From an uncultured Bdellovibrionales bacterium (GTDB taxonomy: Bacteria > Bdellovibrionota_C > UBA2361 > SZUA-149): a DNA stretch of 64,000 nt. The position numbers and the translations under genes were made by a program. Under the pieces are notes generated by a model. The model was not told where the DNA came from. It did not search any database and saw only the letters and a list, made by a program, of their open reading frames with translations. Positions within the stretch are counted from its first letter, which is position 1. Every line of letters starts with the position of its first letter. Shown piece after piece: positions 7,986 through 16,937 of the stretch. Location of the stretch: the NCBI GenBank assembly GCA_965366815.1, contig CBDUGV010000003.1:741-64740 (forward strand). Reading direction: 5' to 3'.

Positions 7986-10004
7986 ATGGTATTTCCTGCA
8001 CGTAAACTAGCCGACCAAGATACTTACGCGAAGGAGCCCCGCGTCGAGCGGCGTAGAGTTCTTTTGGTGGGGTCTGAGCTTGAGTCTGCGATACCTTTAT
8101 TTTCTGTGCACAGTACAGAAGTGGAGTGCTGTGACAGCTTACTTGCGGCCTCGGCTCTAGCTGAGCCGCCCGAACTACTTGTTTTTGACGCGAATCTTGG
8201 ACTCTCGGCGATTGCGCAGTTGATTGAGCAGTATTCTGTTGATTCGCCTAGTAGCTACTTGCTGCTTGCTGACTTAGCGAGCGACCCTGCTGAGGCTGTA
8301 GAGGCAAGTAGGGCTGCTTTCCGAGCAGGTGCGGATGAGTACCTGCTGCGCCCGTTTAACGAATTTCAGCTCAAGGATGCGATCGCCTATTGCTTTGAGC
8401 TCGTTGCGAAGCGTTGTACAACGCTCGAACGCGAACATGAACTTCGAACTGTTGAACGACATTTTCATCAACTTGCTGGCAATATTCCACAGATCTCCTG
8501 GATAGCTGACAAGCCGATGGGGCGCACGCTCTATATTAGTCCGGCGTATGAAAAGATATTCGGATTAAAGAAAGAGGGAATGATCGATGATTCCTACTCT
8601 TTCTATAAACTCATTCATCCCGATGATGTCGAAAAATTAGACAAGCGATGGGAGGGGCGTCCATGGACTGATTATGGGCCGGATGAATGGAACGAGGTTA
8701 CCTATCGAATAATTCGGGCTGACGGCTCTATCCGCTGGTTGTGGACCCGAGCTTTTGTGATTCGCGATGATCAGGGTGAGCCTCATCGCCTGTGTGGTAT
8801 CTCGGAGGATATTACTGAGCGGAAGTTGCTAGAGGAAGAGCTTGTTCACACGCAGAAGATGCGAGCGATTGGTGAACTTGCTGGAGGAATAGCTCACGAT
8901 TTCAACAATCTTCTTACGCCGATACTCGGCTACAGCAATTTGCTGCGAGAGGGGCGCCTTTCTGCTGAGCGCTTGCCAAAAGTTGCAGAAGTTATCGAGA
9001 AAGCTTCATTACGGGCAATGGATCTCACCAAACGCCTCTTGGGTTTTGCCCGGCGGGGTAAGCATCAAAATACCTCGATCGACATTCACAAGACGCTCCA
9101 TGAGATTCTGACTTTAATGAGTCGGACCTTTGATAAGAACATAGGTATAGAGCACGAGTTCTATGCACCGAATCCCTATGTGCTTGGAGATCCTCACCAG
9201 TTGCACCAAGTCATATTAAACTTGGTGATCAATGCTCGCGACGCTTTGGAGTCGGTTGAAAAGCCCCAGTTGAGCTTGCGCACGGAATACAAAGAAGTGA
9301 CAGGGTTTAGCGACTTTAAAACGCCAGGGCTTGAGCCGGGTGGGTACTTGGTCGTCAGCGTAAGTGACAATGGTGCTGGGATCGATGAGGAGATTCAGCC
9401 GCGGATATTCGAGCCATTCTTCACGACAAAGGATAGGGGCCACGGAAGTGGAATGGGACTTGCGATGGTCTACGGCATCGTAAAGAACCACAATGGTTCG
9501 GTGGTTGTTGAAAGTACAGTGGGAAAGGGCACGAGCTTCCACGTGTATCTGCCTATTACTGAGATCATTCCAGAAGAGCTTGCGGACTCGGTTGATAGCT
9601 CTATTGTTTCTGGAAGTGGTACGGTGCTGCTTGTTGATGACGAAGATACCGTGCTTGAGGTTGCCAGAGATATGCTGGCGAAGTTGGGGTATACGGTGAT
9701 TACAGCGTCGAACGGCAAAGAAGCGGTACAGTATTACCAAAGTAACTGGCAGGAGATCGATCTCGTTGTGCTGGATATGCTAATGCCCGAAATGGGCGGT
9801 CGTGATGCGTTTTTGGCTCTGCAGAAAATTAACCCTGAAGTCAGTGCGATTTTGTCGACAGGGTACGATCTCAATCTCGCGGCTCAGGAGATACTTGAGC
9901 AAGGGGTGATGGGCTTTATCCAAAAACCCTATACGCTTGAGCAGTTCTCCAGTGTGCTTGCTGACGTTCTAAAGGCGTCGAGTCAGCAGCAAAACGCTTC
10001 CTAG
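7986..10004 (+). CDS. Hybrid sensor histidine kinase: N-terminal receiver-like (pseudo-receiver) domain, PAS, HisKA, HATPase, C-terminal REC.
   Basis: H-box HTQKMRAIGELAGGIAHDFNNLL, G-boxes DNGAGIDEEI...GHGSGMGLAMVYGIV, C-terminal REC VLLVDDEDTVLE...DLVVLDMLMPEMGG. The N-terminal REC-like fold ends in GADEYLLRPF. Confidence 0.8.
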   Translation: MVFPARKLADQDTYAKEPRVERRRVLLVGSELESAIPLFSVHSTEVECCDSLLAASALAEPPELLVFDANLGLSAIAQLIEQYSVDSPSSYLLLADLASDPAEAVEASRAAFRAGADEYLLRPFNEFQLKDAIAYCFELVAKRCTTLEREHELRTVERHFHQLAGNIPQISWIADKPMGRTLYISPAYEKIFGLKKEGMIDDSYSFYKLIHPDDVEKLDKRWEGRPWTDYGPDEWNEVTYRIIRADGSIRWLWTRAFVIRDDQGEPHRLCGISEDITERKLLEEELVHTQKMRAIGELAGGIAHDFNNLLTPILGYSNLLREGRLSAERLPKVAEVIEKASLRAMDLTKRLLGFARRGKHQNTSIDIHKTLHEILTLMSRTFDKNIGIEHEFYAPNPYVLGDPHQLHQVILNLVINARDALESVEKPQLSLRTEYKEVTGFSDFKTPGLEPGGYLVVSVSDNGAGIDEEIQPRIFEPFFTTKDRGHGSGMGLAMVYGIVKNHNGSVVVESTVGKGTSFHVYLPITEIIPEELADSVDSSIVSGSGTVLLVDDEDTVLEVARDMLAKLGYTVITASNGKEAVQYYQSNWQEIDLVVLDMLMPEMGGRDAFLALQKINPEVSAILSTGYDLNLAAQEILEQGVMGFIQKPYTLEQFSSVLADVLKASSQQQNAS

Positions 10005-12374
10005 CAAGAAACTGATTCCACTCACTACCCAACCAATCCACCCACTGGGGTGATTGCGGATCGAATAGCTAATTGTCGCTTCATTCGCGCTGGGTCGAAA
10101 ATAGATTCGCTCTTCAGCCCCGCGATACAGAGTGCCATCGTTTGATGAGAAGAGTGGGAAGTAGCTGTAATCTAAGCGATACAATTCCCCTGGTTCTAGA
10201 TTGCGAAGCGAAAACTCTTGCTGTGTTTGGTGCCAGAGTGCCTCGGCGTCTGATGTCGCTTCCGCACCTTCGGTTTTCGCACCAGCGGGCGCGAATGCTT
10301 CACTCTTGAGGAGGTTCGCATCGAGGTAGGTTTCAAGTGCTCTATATCTTGGAATTGTTTTAATTGCGGAGTAGCTTCTGGTGTAGTGGTTCAATTCCTG
10401 ACGAGGCGAGTGTAGCATGTGGACGGCAATGCCATTTGGTACGTTGGCCGATGGAGCGTCGACTCCGACGATGAGCAATTGTTTTATTTCGGGAGGAATC
10501 TCATCGAGCGACTCGAGTTTGAGCAATGCGTATTCAGTATAGAGTTGAGGACGCGCATAGAAATAAAATTCGAGGTAGGCGAAGGGTAGTTCTTGATTCG
10601 GGTCGAAGTAGCCAACAAGTTGTCGATCGTCTCTAGAAATCTTGTTTTCTACTTCCTTGCTTATCTGCACGACTCGGTATGGACCGAAACTCACGGTCGG
10701 CTCAACTTCGAATGGTTTTAAAGAGGCATACAGGGAGTCGGTTCCGACAACGATGTGGCTTACACCGAGGTCTCGCATCTGTTGCACTTTTAGTTCGTTT
10801 TCCGGCTGGTACTTTGAGCTGAAAACCAAGAAGGAGTGATAGGTGGATGCGTTTAGCATCGTTGCCGCGACTACGGGCATACGGTAGGCAAGTGAGCTTT
10901 CAATAAAGAGCCCATTGACGACTTCTCTCTGCGCTTTCTCCGGCAATTCACTGATCAAGTAGTGACAGCTGAGATAGGGGAATTTCTGATAATCGTTTAA
11001 GTGCTCAACAAATATCCGACCCTGAACAGGGTGATCAGCTAAATACGATACTACTTGGTCCAAATCGCTGAAATGTGACTGAGCGGTCGACTGTGCTACT
11101 CGTTGCTGCTCTAACGGGCCTAGGCGCGCAGCACTTACCGTGGCTGCCAAAAGGATCGCGAGCCAAATCAGTTGTGACCATAGTTGAACTTCCACGGATC
11201 TCTGGTGTCGATCGCGTTTTATACTAGTGAGTGCCGGAACGGTTGCGAGCAGGCAAAGGAACATCAAAACGAGATATCCCTGAAATCGATAATAATGAAT
11301 GCCAAGTGGAACGTTTGCTGCGACGAAATCGCTCGAGAGTATCACACTGAGTGCGGTAAACAGAAAAAAGCTCTGGATAAGGGGTCGACATCTGCGCGGC
11401 TCAGGATGAACAAATAACAGCGCAAACAACCCCCAGAACAATAAGTAGGAGAGATTCACCTTCGCTACTGTTTTCAGTCCCTCTACTTTTAACTCGTTCC
11501 AGAGTTCGGGAAGTGGATAGCGAAAAAAGAATCGAAGTAAATCGTCTTGCGCCGGATAGACATCCGCGAGCGTAAACTCAGAGGCAAATGCGAGAAAGGG
11601 TGCGAGCCAAAACCCCGCAAGACCGATGCCTACCAGGTGCACGACTGTTAAGATTCCTCTTCGCTTTCTTCGCCAAAGAAAAGCGAGGAAACCGATGCTT
11701 GAGGCAAAAATAGCGGTGAGAGGATGAGTAAGAATCAAACAAGTGAGTGACAGGCCGAGGGCTACGGCGCGGCCTCTCGTTGGCTCGCGAAGGAGGCGAA
11801 GCAATGTGCCAAAATAAAGCAGTAGAAGGTGCCAGGCAAACAACTGTGGCAGAAGGCCGACGTACAGTACCGAACCGGCACCAATTCCAAAGAACTGCTC
11901 ATCGTGATTGAGCCACCAAAAGGCGAGAAAGCAGCAAGACAACACAAGGAGCGAACGAATCCGCCTGTAGGCTTTCTGTTGATCAGTAAGCGCAAGAGCA
12001 ACGAAAGTGGAGCTACAGAAGTACAATGAGACAGGCAGGACGGCGAGACCCATGAGGATGCTTAGATGTACGCCCAAGGAGACAGGTGTGTCCGAAAAAA
12101 GTTGAAGTGGGAAGGAGATAGTCGCCAGCAGCAGATGGCTTAAAAATCCGTAGAATTGATACGCTGGCCAACCGGTGAACCAGGATGCGTCGTAAAAGAA
12201 CAGACGTCCGCTCAGTAATTGCTCGCGTAGTTGTGAGATCAGAGCAATGTGTCCGGCCAGATCCTCAGAAGGGACTGTTTGGCCGCTTAGAAGAAATTGA
12301 TAGCGCAGTGCCGTTATCAAGAAGAACGCGGCGAACAGGGCTATTGGAAAGAGATTGCTCTTACTTTGCTGCAT
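9969..12374 (-). CDS. Large polytopic membrane protein (PTPS-related / GT-C-like membrane domain), possibly a glycosyltransferase.
   Basis: 801 aa with many hydrophobic segments. The motif YDASWFTGWPAYQFYGFLSH is typical of the membrane '6-pyruvoyl-tetrahydropterin-synthase-related' family. Overlaps the 3' end of the kinase gene convergently. Confidence 0.5.
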   Translation of the reverse strand: MQQSKSNLFPIALFAAFFLITALRYQFLLSGQTVPSEDLAGHIALISQLREQLLSGRLFFYDASWFTGWPAYQFYGFLSHLLLATISFPLQLFSDTPVSLGVHLSILMGLAVLPVSLYFCSSTFVALALTDQQKAYRRIRSLLVLSCCFLAFWWLNHDEQFFGIGAGSVLYVGLLPQLFAWHLLLLYFGTLLRLLREPTRGRAVALGLSLTCLILTHPLTAIFASSIGFLAFLWRRKRRGILTVVHLVGIGLAGFWLAPFLAFASEFTLADVYPAQDDLLRFFFRYPLPELWNELKVEGLKTVAKVNLSYLLFWGLFALLFVHPEPRRCRPLIQSFFLFTALSVILSSDFVAANVPLGIHYYRFQGYLVLMFLCLLATVPALTSIKRDRHQRSVEVQLWSQLIWLAILLAATVSAARLGPLEQQRVAQSTAQSHFSDLDQVVSYLADHPVQGRIFVEHLNDYQKFPYLSCHYLISELPEKAQREVVNGLFIESSLAYRMPVVAATMLNASTYHSFLVFSSKYQPENELKVQQMRDLGVSHIVVGTDSLYASLKPFEVEPTVSFGPYRVVQISKEVENKISRDDRQLVGYFDPNQELPFAYLEFYFYARPQLYTEYALLKLESLDEIPPEIKQLLIVGVDAPSANVPNGIAVHMLHSPRQELNHYTRSYSAIKTIPRYRALETYLDANLLKSEAFAPAGAKTEGAEATSDAEALWHQTQQEFSLRNLEPGELYRLDYSYFPLFSSNDGTLYRGAEERIYFRPSANEATISYSIRNHPSGWIGWVVSGISFLLGSVLLLTRRL

Positions 12375-12462
12375 AGCTCAGACAAGCCATACAGACATCA
12401 ATATGGTCAAGGAAAACCTAAGGAATTCCAGATGAGTTGCACCTTATTATTGATTGTTGCTG

Positions 12463-12816
12463 CTATTGAATCGGAGCAAGCTTCGATGCGATCAATTCAT
12501 TAATCGCGGCATCGTAGGTGAAGCGATGAATCAACGTTTCCAACTCTTCTTCGGAGCTGATGCTTTTTTCTCGACTCAAGCGCAGGAATACTTGCTCAAC
12601 GACATGAGCTGATGAGCTCAATTCATTCGTTAAGTTCATTGCTAGGGAAAATACTGTAGTTTCGAAGCGTGAGATTATCGCTTCCAATTCCACCAAGAAT
12701 GGAGAGTCGGACTTTTGCGTGCCAGACTTAGATTCTTCCACCTTAGGTTCTTCCACGGTAGATTCAAGCCCAGTAGATTCAAAATTTGCATCTAATTGCT
12801 CATCCAGCTCCATCAT
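12463..12816 (-). CDS. Small acidic hypothetical protein (about 117 aa), likely co-transcribed with the downstream membrane protein.
   Basis: ORF on the same strand upstream of 9969..12374. GGAGG lies 6 nt before the ATG pair at 12816 (the track start at 12834 lacks a Shine-Dalgarno). No recognisable domain. Confidence 0.4.
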   Translation of the reverse strand: MMELDEQLDANFESTGLESTVEEPKVEESKSGTQKSDSPFLVELEAIISRFETTVFSLAMNLTNELSSSAHVVEQVFLRLSREKSISSEEELETLIHRFTYDAAINELIASKLAPIQ

Positions 12817-12853
12817 CTCAACCTCCAAGAACATCTTAGAACTCTTCTAGTTA

Positions 12854-12872
12854 TTTGCGGAGAATCCGCAAA
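12854..12872. promoter_or_regulatory. Perfect 8-bp inverted repeat in the divergent promoter region between the small acidic ORF and creB.
   Basis: TTTGCGGA gaa TCCGCAAA. Confidence 0.35.
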
Positions 12873-13039
12873 ACTCCTTGCACCAAAATCGCCCTAATAA
12901 CCAACAAAAAAGCTTTACGAATTGACGATAACGGAAATCAGCAAAGCGATCAAACCTCTGATGTGATAAATGCTAGAATGAATATTCAGTTGAAAGTATT
13001 ATTGTAATACTGACCATCTTTTAGTGTGCTTTTAAAGCT

Positions 13040-13759
13040 ATGACTGCCGGACAGAAAATTCTCATTGTAGAAGACGAGCCTTCAATTGCGGACAATATCG
13101 TATATGCGCTCTCAACAGATGGTTTTGAGCCCATATGGTGTCAGACGGCAGCAGAGGGTCGAGAGGTCCTAGATGCCAACTCAATTAAACTGATTATTCT
13201 TGACGTCGGGCTTCCCGATGAAAACGGTTTTGAGTTCGCGAAGCAACTTCGTCAAACGAGTACCACTCCGATAATTTTTGTTACCGCTCGAGCAGATGAG
13301 GTCGATAGAATTGTCGGCCTCGAAATTGGCGCAGATGACTACGTGGTAAAGCCGTTTAGCCCAAGAGAATTGAGCGCTCGAGTCAAGGCCGTTTTACGTC
13401 GAGTTGCTTCTACCGCTGGCGAATCAAGCGCGGTACCACGAACTGACAACCAGGGAGTCTTGCGTTATGGGCCCTTCGTCCTCGACGAAGTGAAGCACGT
13501 GATAACCTATCATGAACAAGCACTCGATCTATCACGCTATGAATTTCGCTTGTTAGCGATAATGCTCAAAAGCCCCGGTCGTGTGTATTCAAGAGATCAT
13601 TTGATGCAACTTGCCTGGGAAGAGCCAGATATGAGTCTGCAGCGTACGGTCGATACCCATATTAAGACCATTCGTCAAAAGTTGCGGATCGTGCAAGCAA
13701 GCGAAGATCTAATCGTAACCCATCGAGGCATCGGCTATTCGATTAGGGAGGTGGTGTGA
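13040..13759 (+). CDS. creB: OmpR-family response regulator, CreB-like.
   Basis: KILIVEDEPSIADNIVYAL...LIILDVGLPDENGFEF...FVTARADEVDRIVGLEIGADDYVVKPFSPRELSARVKAVLRR aligns almost residue-for-residue with E. coli CreB. A winged-helix C-terminus is present. Confidence 0.8.
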   Translation: MTAGQKILIVEDEPSIADNIVYALSTDGFEPIWCQTAAEGREVLDANSIKLIILDVGLPDENGFEFAKQLRQTSTTPIIFVTARADEVDRIVGLEIGADDYVVKPFSPRELSARVKAVLRRVASTAGESSAVPRTDNQGVLRYGPFVLDEVKHVITYHEQALDLSRYEFRLLAIMLKSPGRVYSRDHLMQLAWEEPDMSLQRTVDTHIKTIRQKLRIVQASEDLIVTHRGIGYSIREVV

Positions 13760-15198
13760 GTATACGCCGCCGAATTTTCTTCGGTATCCTTTTCATTGTA
13801 GGAATCGGCTTTTATTTTCTCATTGACTGGATTGTCGGTGACCTTACGCCTCAATATCGCGAAGCAACAGAAGAGCCCCTAGTCGATGCATCGCAAGTGC
13901 TTGCCTCAGTTGCGGCAGTCTCGTCGAATGAAGACGGTGTCGATGTAGAGTTGTTTCGACGTATTTTCGAAGATACCTATAAGCGAACCTTTGAGGCCCA
14001 GATATATAATTTCTTAAAGACCGAAGTTGATTATCGTGTCTACATCACAGATGCCCAGGGGCTTGTGATCTTCGACTCTGATAATGGTCGAGACGTCGGA
14101 AAAGACTATTCTGCTTGGCGCGACGTGCGTCTCACACTGGAGGGTAAGTATGGGGCTCGTACCTCGCGGGATATTCCCGACGAACCAGGGGCAAGCGTTC
14201 TCTATATAGCTGCTCCTATAGTTGTGGATAACGAAACTATAGGTGTGCTTTCGGTCGGGAAGCCGACTCGCAATGCCAATCAGTTCATCGAAGAGGCGAA
14301 AAGAAAAATAATTGTCGGTGGGTTGGTCAGTGGATTCTCGCTAGTGTTAATAGCGCTCCTGATCTCCGCGATGATCACTCGACCAATTCACCGACTAACG
14401 ACTTATGCTCGGGCCATTCGGGATGGGCGTCGCGAGGTTCTCCCTCGCTTGTCGGGTCGTGAAATAGTTGAGTTGGGTGAAGCCTTTGAGCAGATGCGCG
14501 ATACGCTGGAGGGCAAACAGTATGTAGAAAATTATGTACAGACCCTAACCCATGAAGTAAAGAGCCCGCTCTCAGCTATTCAAGGCGCTGTGGAATTGTT
14601 GAACGAAAACCCCCCGGAAGCGCGTCGCCAACAATTTCTAGAGAATATTAGGACTGAGGCTACCAGGATTCAACAAGTTGTGGAGAAGCTACTGCTTCTC
14701 TCCAAACTTGAGACGCGTAAGGCGCTAGACGATCGACAATCGATTGAGTTGGTGGAATTACTAGAGGAAGTAGTCGGGAGCCTGTCTCCGACTGCTGTTG
14801 CCAAAGGTGTTACCGTGACTCGAGTTGGAGAAGCCTTGGCAACGTTTCAAGGTGATCCCTTTCTTATCCGGCATGCGCTGGTCAATCTTCTGCAAAACGC
14901 GATTGATTTTTCTCCAGAAAATGGAGAAGTGCACTGTGGCATTGAAATGCAGGGTGATTCTATCTGTTTGGCGGTTGAAGACCAAGGACCTGGGGTACCG
15001 GATTTCGCCGCCGGTAGAGTATTTGAACGATTCTACTCCCTTCAGCGACCAGACAGCGGCAAAAAAAGTTCAGGCTTGGGATTGAGCCTCGTGCAAGAAG
15101 TAGCTGATATTCACGGTGGACGAGTTACGATACTCAATCGACCCGAGGGTGGGGCACGGGCAGAACTCTCGTTGCCGACAGTTCTGCCGCGCTCCTAG
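13756..15198 (+). CDS. creC: Sensor histidine kinase, CreC-like.
   Basis: YITDAQGLVIFDSDNGRDVGKDYSAWRDVRLTLEGKYGARTSRD...VLYIAAPI...IGVLSVGKP and H-box YVQTLTHEVKSPLSAIQGAVELL are collinear with E. coli CreC. The start overlaps the creB stop (GTGTGA). Confidence 0.8.
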   Translation: MSIRRRIFFGILFIVGIGFYFLIDWIVGDLTPQYREATEEPLVDASQVLASVAAVSSNEDGVDVELFRRIFEDTYKRTFEAQIYNFLKTEVDYRVYITDAQGLVIFDSDNGRDVGKDYSAWRDVRLTLEGKYGARTSRDIPDEPGASVLYIAAPIVVDNETIGVLSVGKPTRNANQFIEEAKRKIIVGGLVSGFSLVLIALLISAMITRPIHRLTTYARAIRDGRREVLPRLSGREIVELGEAFEQMRDTLEGKQYVENYVQTLTHEVKSPLSAIQGAVELLNENPPEARRQQFLENIRTEATRIQQVVEKLLLLSKLETRKALDDRQSIELVELLEEVVGSLSPTAVAKGVTVTRVGEALATFQGDPFLIRHALVNLLQNAIDFSPENGEVHCGIEMQGDSICLAVEDQGPGVPDFAAGRVFERFYSLQRPDSGKKSSGLGLSLVQEVADIHGGRVTILNRPEGGARAELSLPTVLPRS

Positions 15199-15227
15199 GG
15201 GTCCACGTTCGGGCTTGGCCCTTCCAA

Positions 15228-16139
15228 CTACATTTCACTCTCGTCCAAAGCGGTCCGAACCCATCTGTTGCCATGCAGCACATACTTGATAAGTCGGCCG
15301 TTTCTGTCCGGGAGCACCATAGTCCCATCGGGAAGCTCAGGCTCTCCTTGGCCGCAATCGCCAACTACGTCGCAGTGTGTCACCGGACTTGCGGGAGGGG
15401 TTTCACTCCCATTACTTTTCGTTCCCCGCAGTGCGAGCGTGATTTTGCCCATACCTCGGGCGAGTTCTATTCGTTGTGCATCTCGGATGGTGACGAGCAG
15501 GGTTGCTGTTGCTCCTGCGCCGATATTTCGTCGTTTGTTGTCTTGATCCGTACCGTCAACAGAAAGTACTTTTACAAACTCGATAAGCGTCTTCACTGCT
15601 TTTCTGCCTCGTTGGTCCGTGTAGTGAAAAAGAATATCTACCCTGGAATTCGGTACGACATAGCCGTTCACAAGTTCAGTTTGTGTTCCGTAAATTGAAA
15701 CCGCTCGATATCCTGGTGGAATTGGCAGATCCCCAAGGGGAACTTTTTCGCTGATGTCGTCCTGAGAGATCGGAAAGCCAGCGCGAATCATCCGTTTCGC
15801 AAACTTTCCAAGCGCCATATCTTCGTGTGCCGCCGGGATGACCGAAAACGGGATGCGGTCCTTCTCGTACGACTGGAGGCTAAACATATTGGCATCAAGT
15901 CGCGTGCCTGACTCAATGCGGGTTGCGGCTATCAATACGTCGACCATTTCCAATTTCGCAGCCGGTGCATCGCTCGCTGCCGTGACTGCTGCTTGTGTCG
16001 TTTGTCCTCCTCCCAACACCATGTACGTTACAATTGAAAAGAGTGACAATACAATGACGGCTAAACCACTGATTGCAAGAACCATTTTTCGACGAGCACG
16101 TTGTGCAAAAGTCGTATTTGTCGCAAATCCCCTAGTCAT
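15228..16139 (-). CDS. cpaB: Flp pilus assembly protein CpaB/RcpC (SAF domain plus C-terminal beta-clip), lying alone with no other tad genes beside it.
   Basis: N-terminal TM segment, SAF-like region (VDVLIAATRIESGTRL), C-terminal region (RVDILFHYTD...FVKVLSVDG...ATATLLVTIRDAQRIELARGMGKITLALRG). GGAGGT lies 8 nt upstream of the ATG at 16139; the track ORF extends to 16193. Confidence 0.75.
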   Translation of the reverse strand: MTRGFATNTTFAQRARRKMVLAISGLAVIVLSLFSIVTYMVLGGGQTTQAAVTAASDAPAAKLEMVDVLIAATRIESGTRLDANMFSLQSYEKDRIPFSVIPAAHEDMALGKFAKRMIRAGFPISQDDISEKVPLGDLPIPPGYRAVSIYGTQTELVNGYVVPNSRVDILFHYTDQRGRKAVKTLIEFVKVLSVDGTDQDNKRRNIGAGATATLLVTIRDAQRIELARGMGKITLALRGTKSNGSETPPASPVTHCDVVGDCGQGEPELPDGTMVLPDRNGRLIKYVLHGNRWVRTALDESEM

Positions 16140-16322
16140 TCGGATACCTCCATCGGTATATTTTGTGATTGCTAAATAAATTTGCTCGAGCATTTGAATA
16201 GACTGAGTGCTTCGAAAATGGTTCGAATAAAAATATTCTTTCGAAGGGCCTAGTTAAATCAGATCGGATCAGTGTTCCTCGCTACATTTTTTCGAAGTTT
16301 TTGCCGAAAAAATACCTAGCCC

Positions 16323-16351
16323 GAGAACTTTTCTCATTCAACTTGGTCTAG
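16323..16351 (+). promoter_or_regulatory. Candidate ECF (sigmaE-type) autoregulated promoter for the ECF sigma operon.
   Basis: GAGAACTT, a 16-nt spacer, then TCTAG matches the GGAACTT-N16-TCTRA pattern. The -10 ends 7 nt before the ATG, so a leaderless or very short leader transcript. Confidence 0.4.
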
Positions 16352-16357
16352 TGTTGT

Positions 16358-16933
16358 ATGGAGTCATTAATCCCAGAAGAAGAACAGCTCTCTGAGCGCG
16401 AGGTGATTGAGCGCGTGCAGCACGGATCGCGGGAAGATTTTCGCCTGCTCGTGGTGGCCCATCAGTCACGTGTATTTGCAGCGATTCGGAGGCAAGGTGT
16501 TCAATCACATATTGCCAAGGAACTTACACAAGAAGTGTTCCTGAAAGCCTTTCTCAATATTAACTCGTTTCGATTTGAGGCGAGTTTTTCAACTTGGCTA
16601 TTGCGAATTACAATTAACCACACAAGTTCCTATTTTACCTCGAAGCGTTTTCGACAAGGGAAACAGACTATTCATCTGACCAGTGCAATGCATGAAGCGC
16701 ACGGAGAAGAGGACACCGACTGTTACGATCGAGAAGCGCTTGGGCGACTCAAACTGGTGATTGCGGCATTACCACCGAAGTATCGTGAGGTGTTGGTGCT
16801 ATGTGGTTTTGAACAACGCTCCTACCAAGAGATTTCAGATTTGCTTGGTATTCCGGTCGGCACCGTGCGTTCTCGATTGCATAAAGCACGGTGTATGGCG
16901 AAAGAACTCTATTTTCAGCGCAACAACGAGTAG
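16358..16933 (+). CDS. ECF (sigma-70 family, group 4) RNA polymerase sigma factor.
   Basis: Region 2 (VVAHQSRVFAAIRR...TQEVFLKAFLNINSF) and region 4 (YREVLVLCGFEQRSYQEISDLLGIPVGTVRSRLHKAR). Confidence 0.85.
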   Translation: MESLIPEEEQLSEREVIERVQHGSREDFRLLVVAHQSRVFAAIRRQGVQSHIAKELTQEVFLKAFLNINSFRFEASFSTWLLRITINHTSSYFTSKRFRQGKQTIHLTSAMHEAHGEEDTDCYDREALGRLKLVIAALPPKYREVLVLCGFEQRSYQEISDLLGIPVGTVRSRLHKARCMAKELYFQRNNE

Positions 16934-16937
16934 ACCT

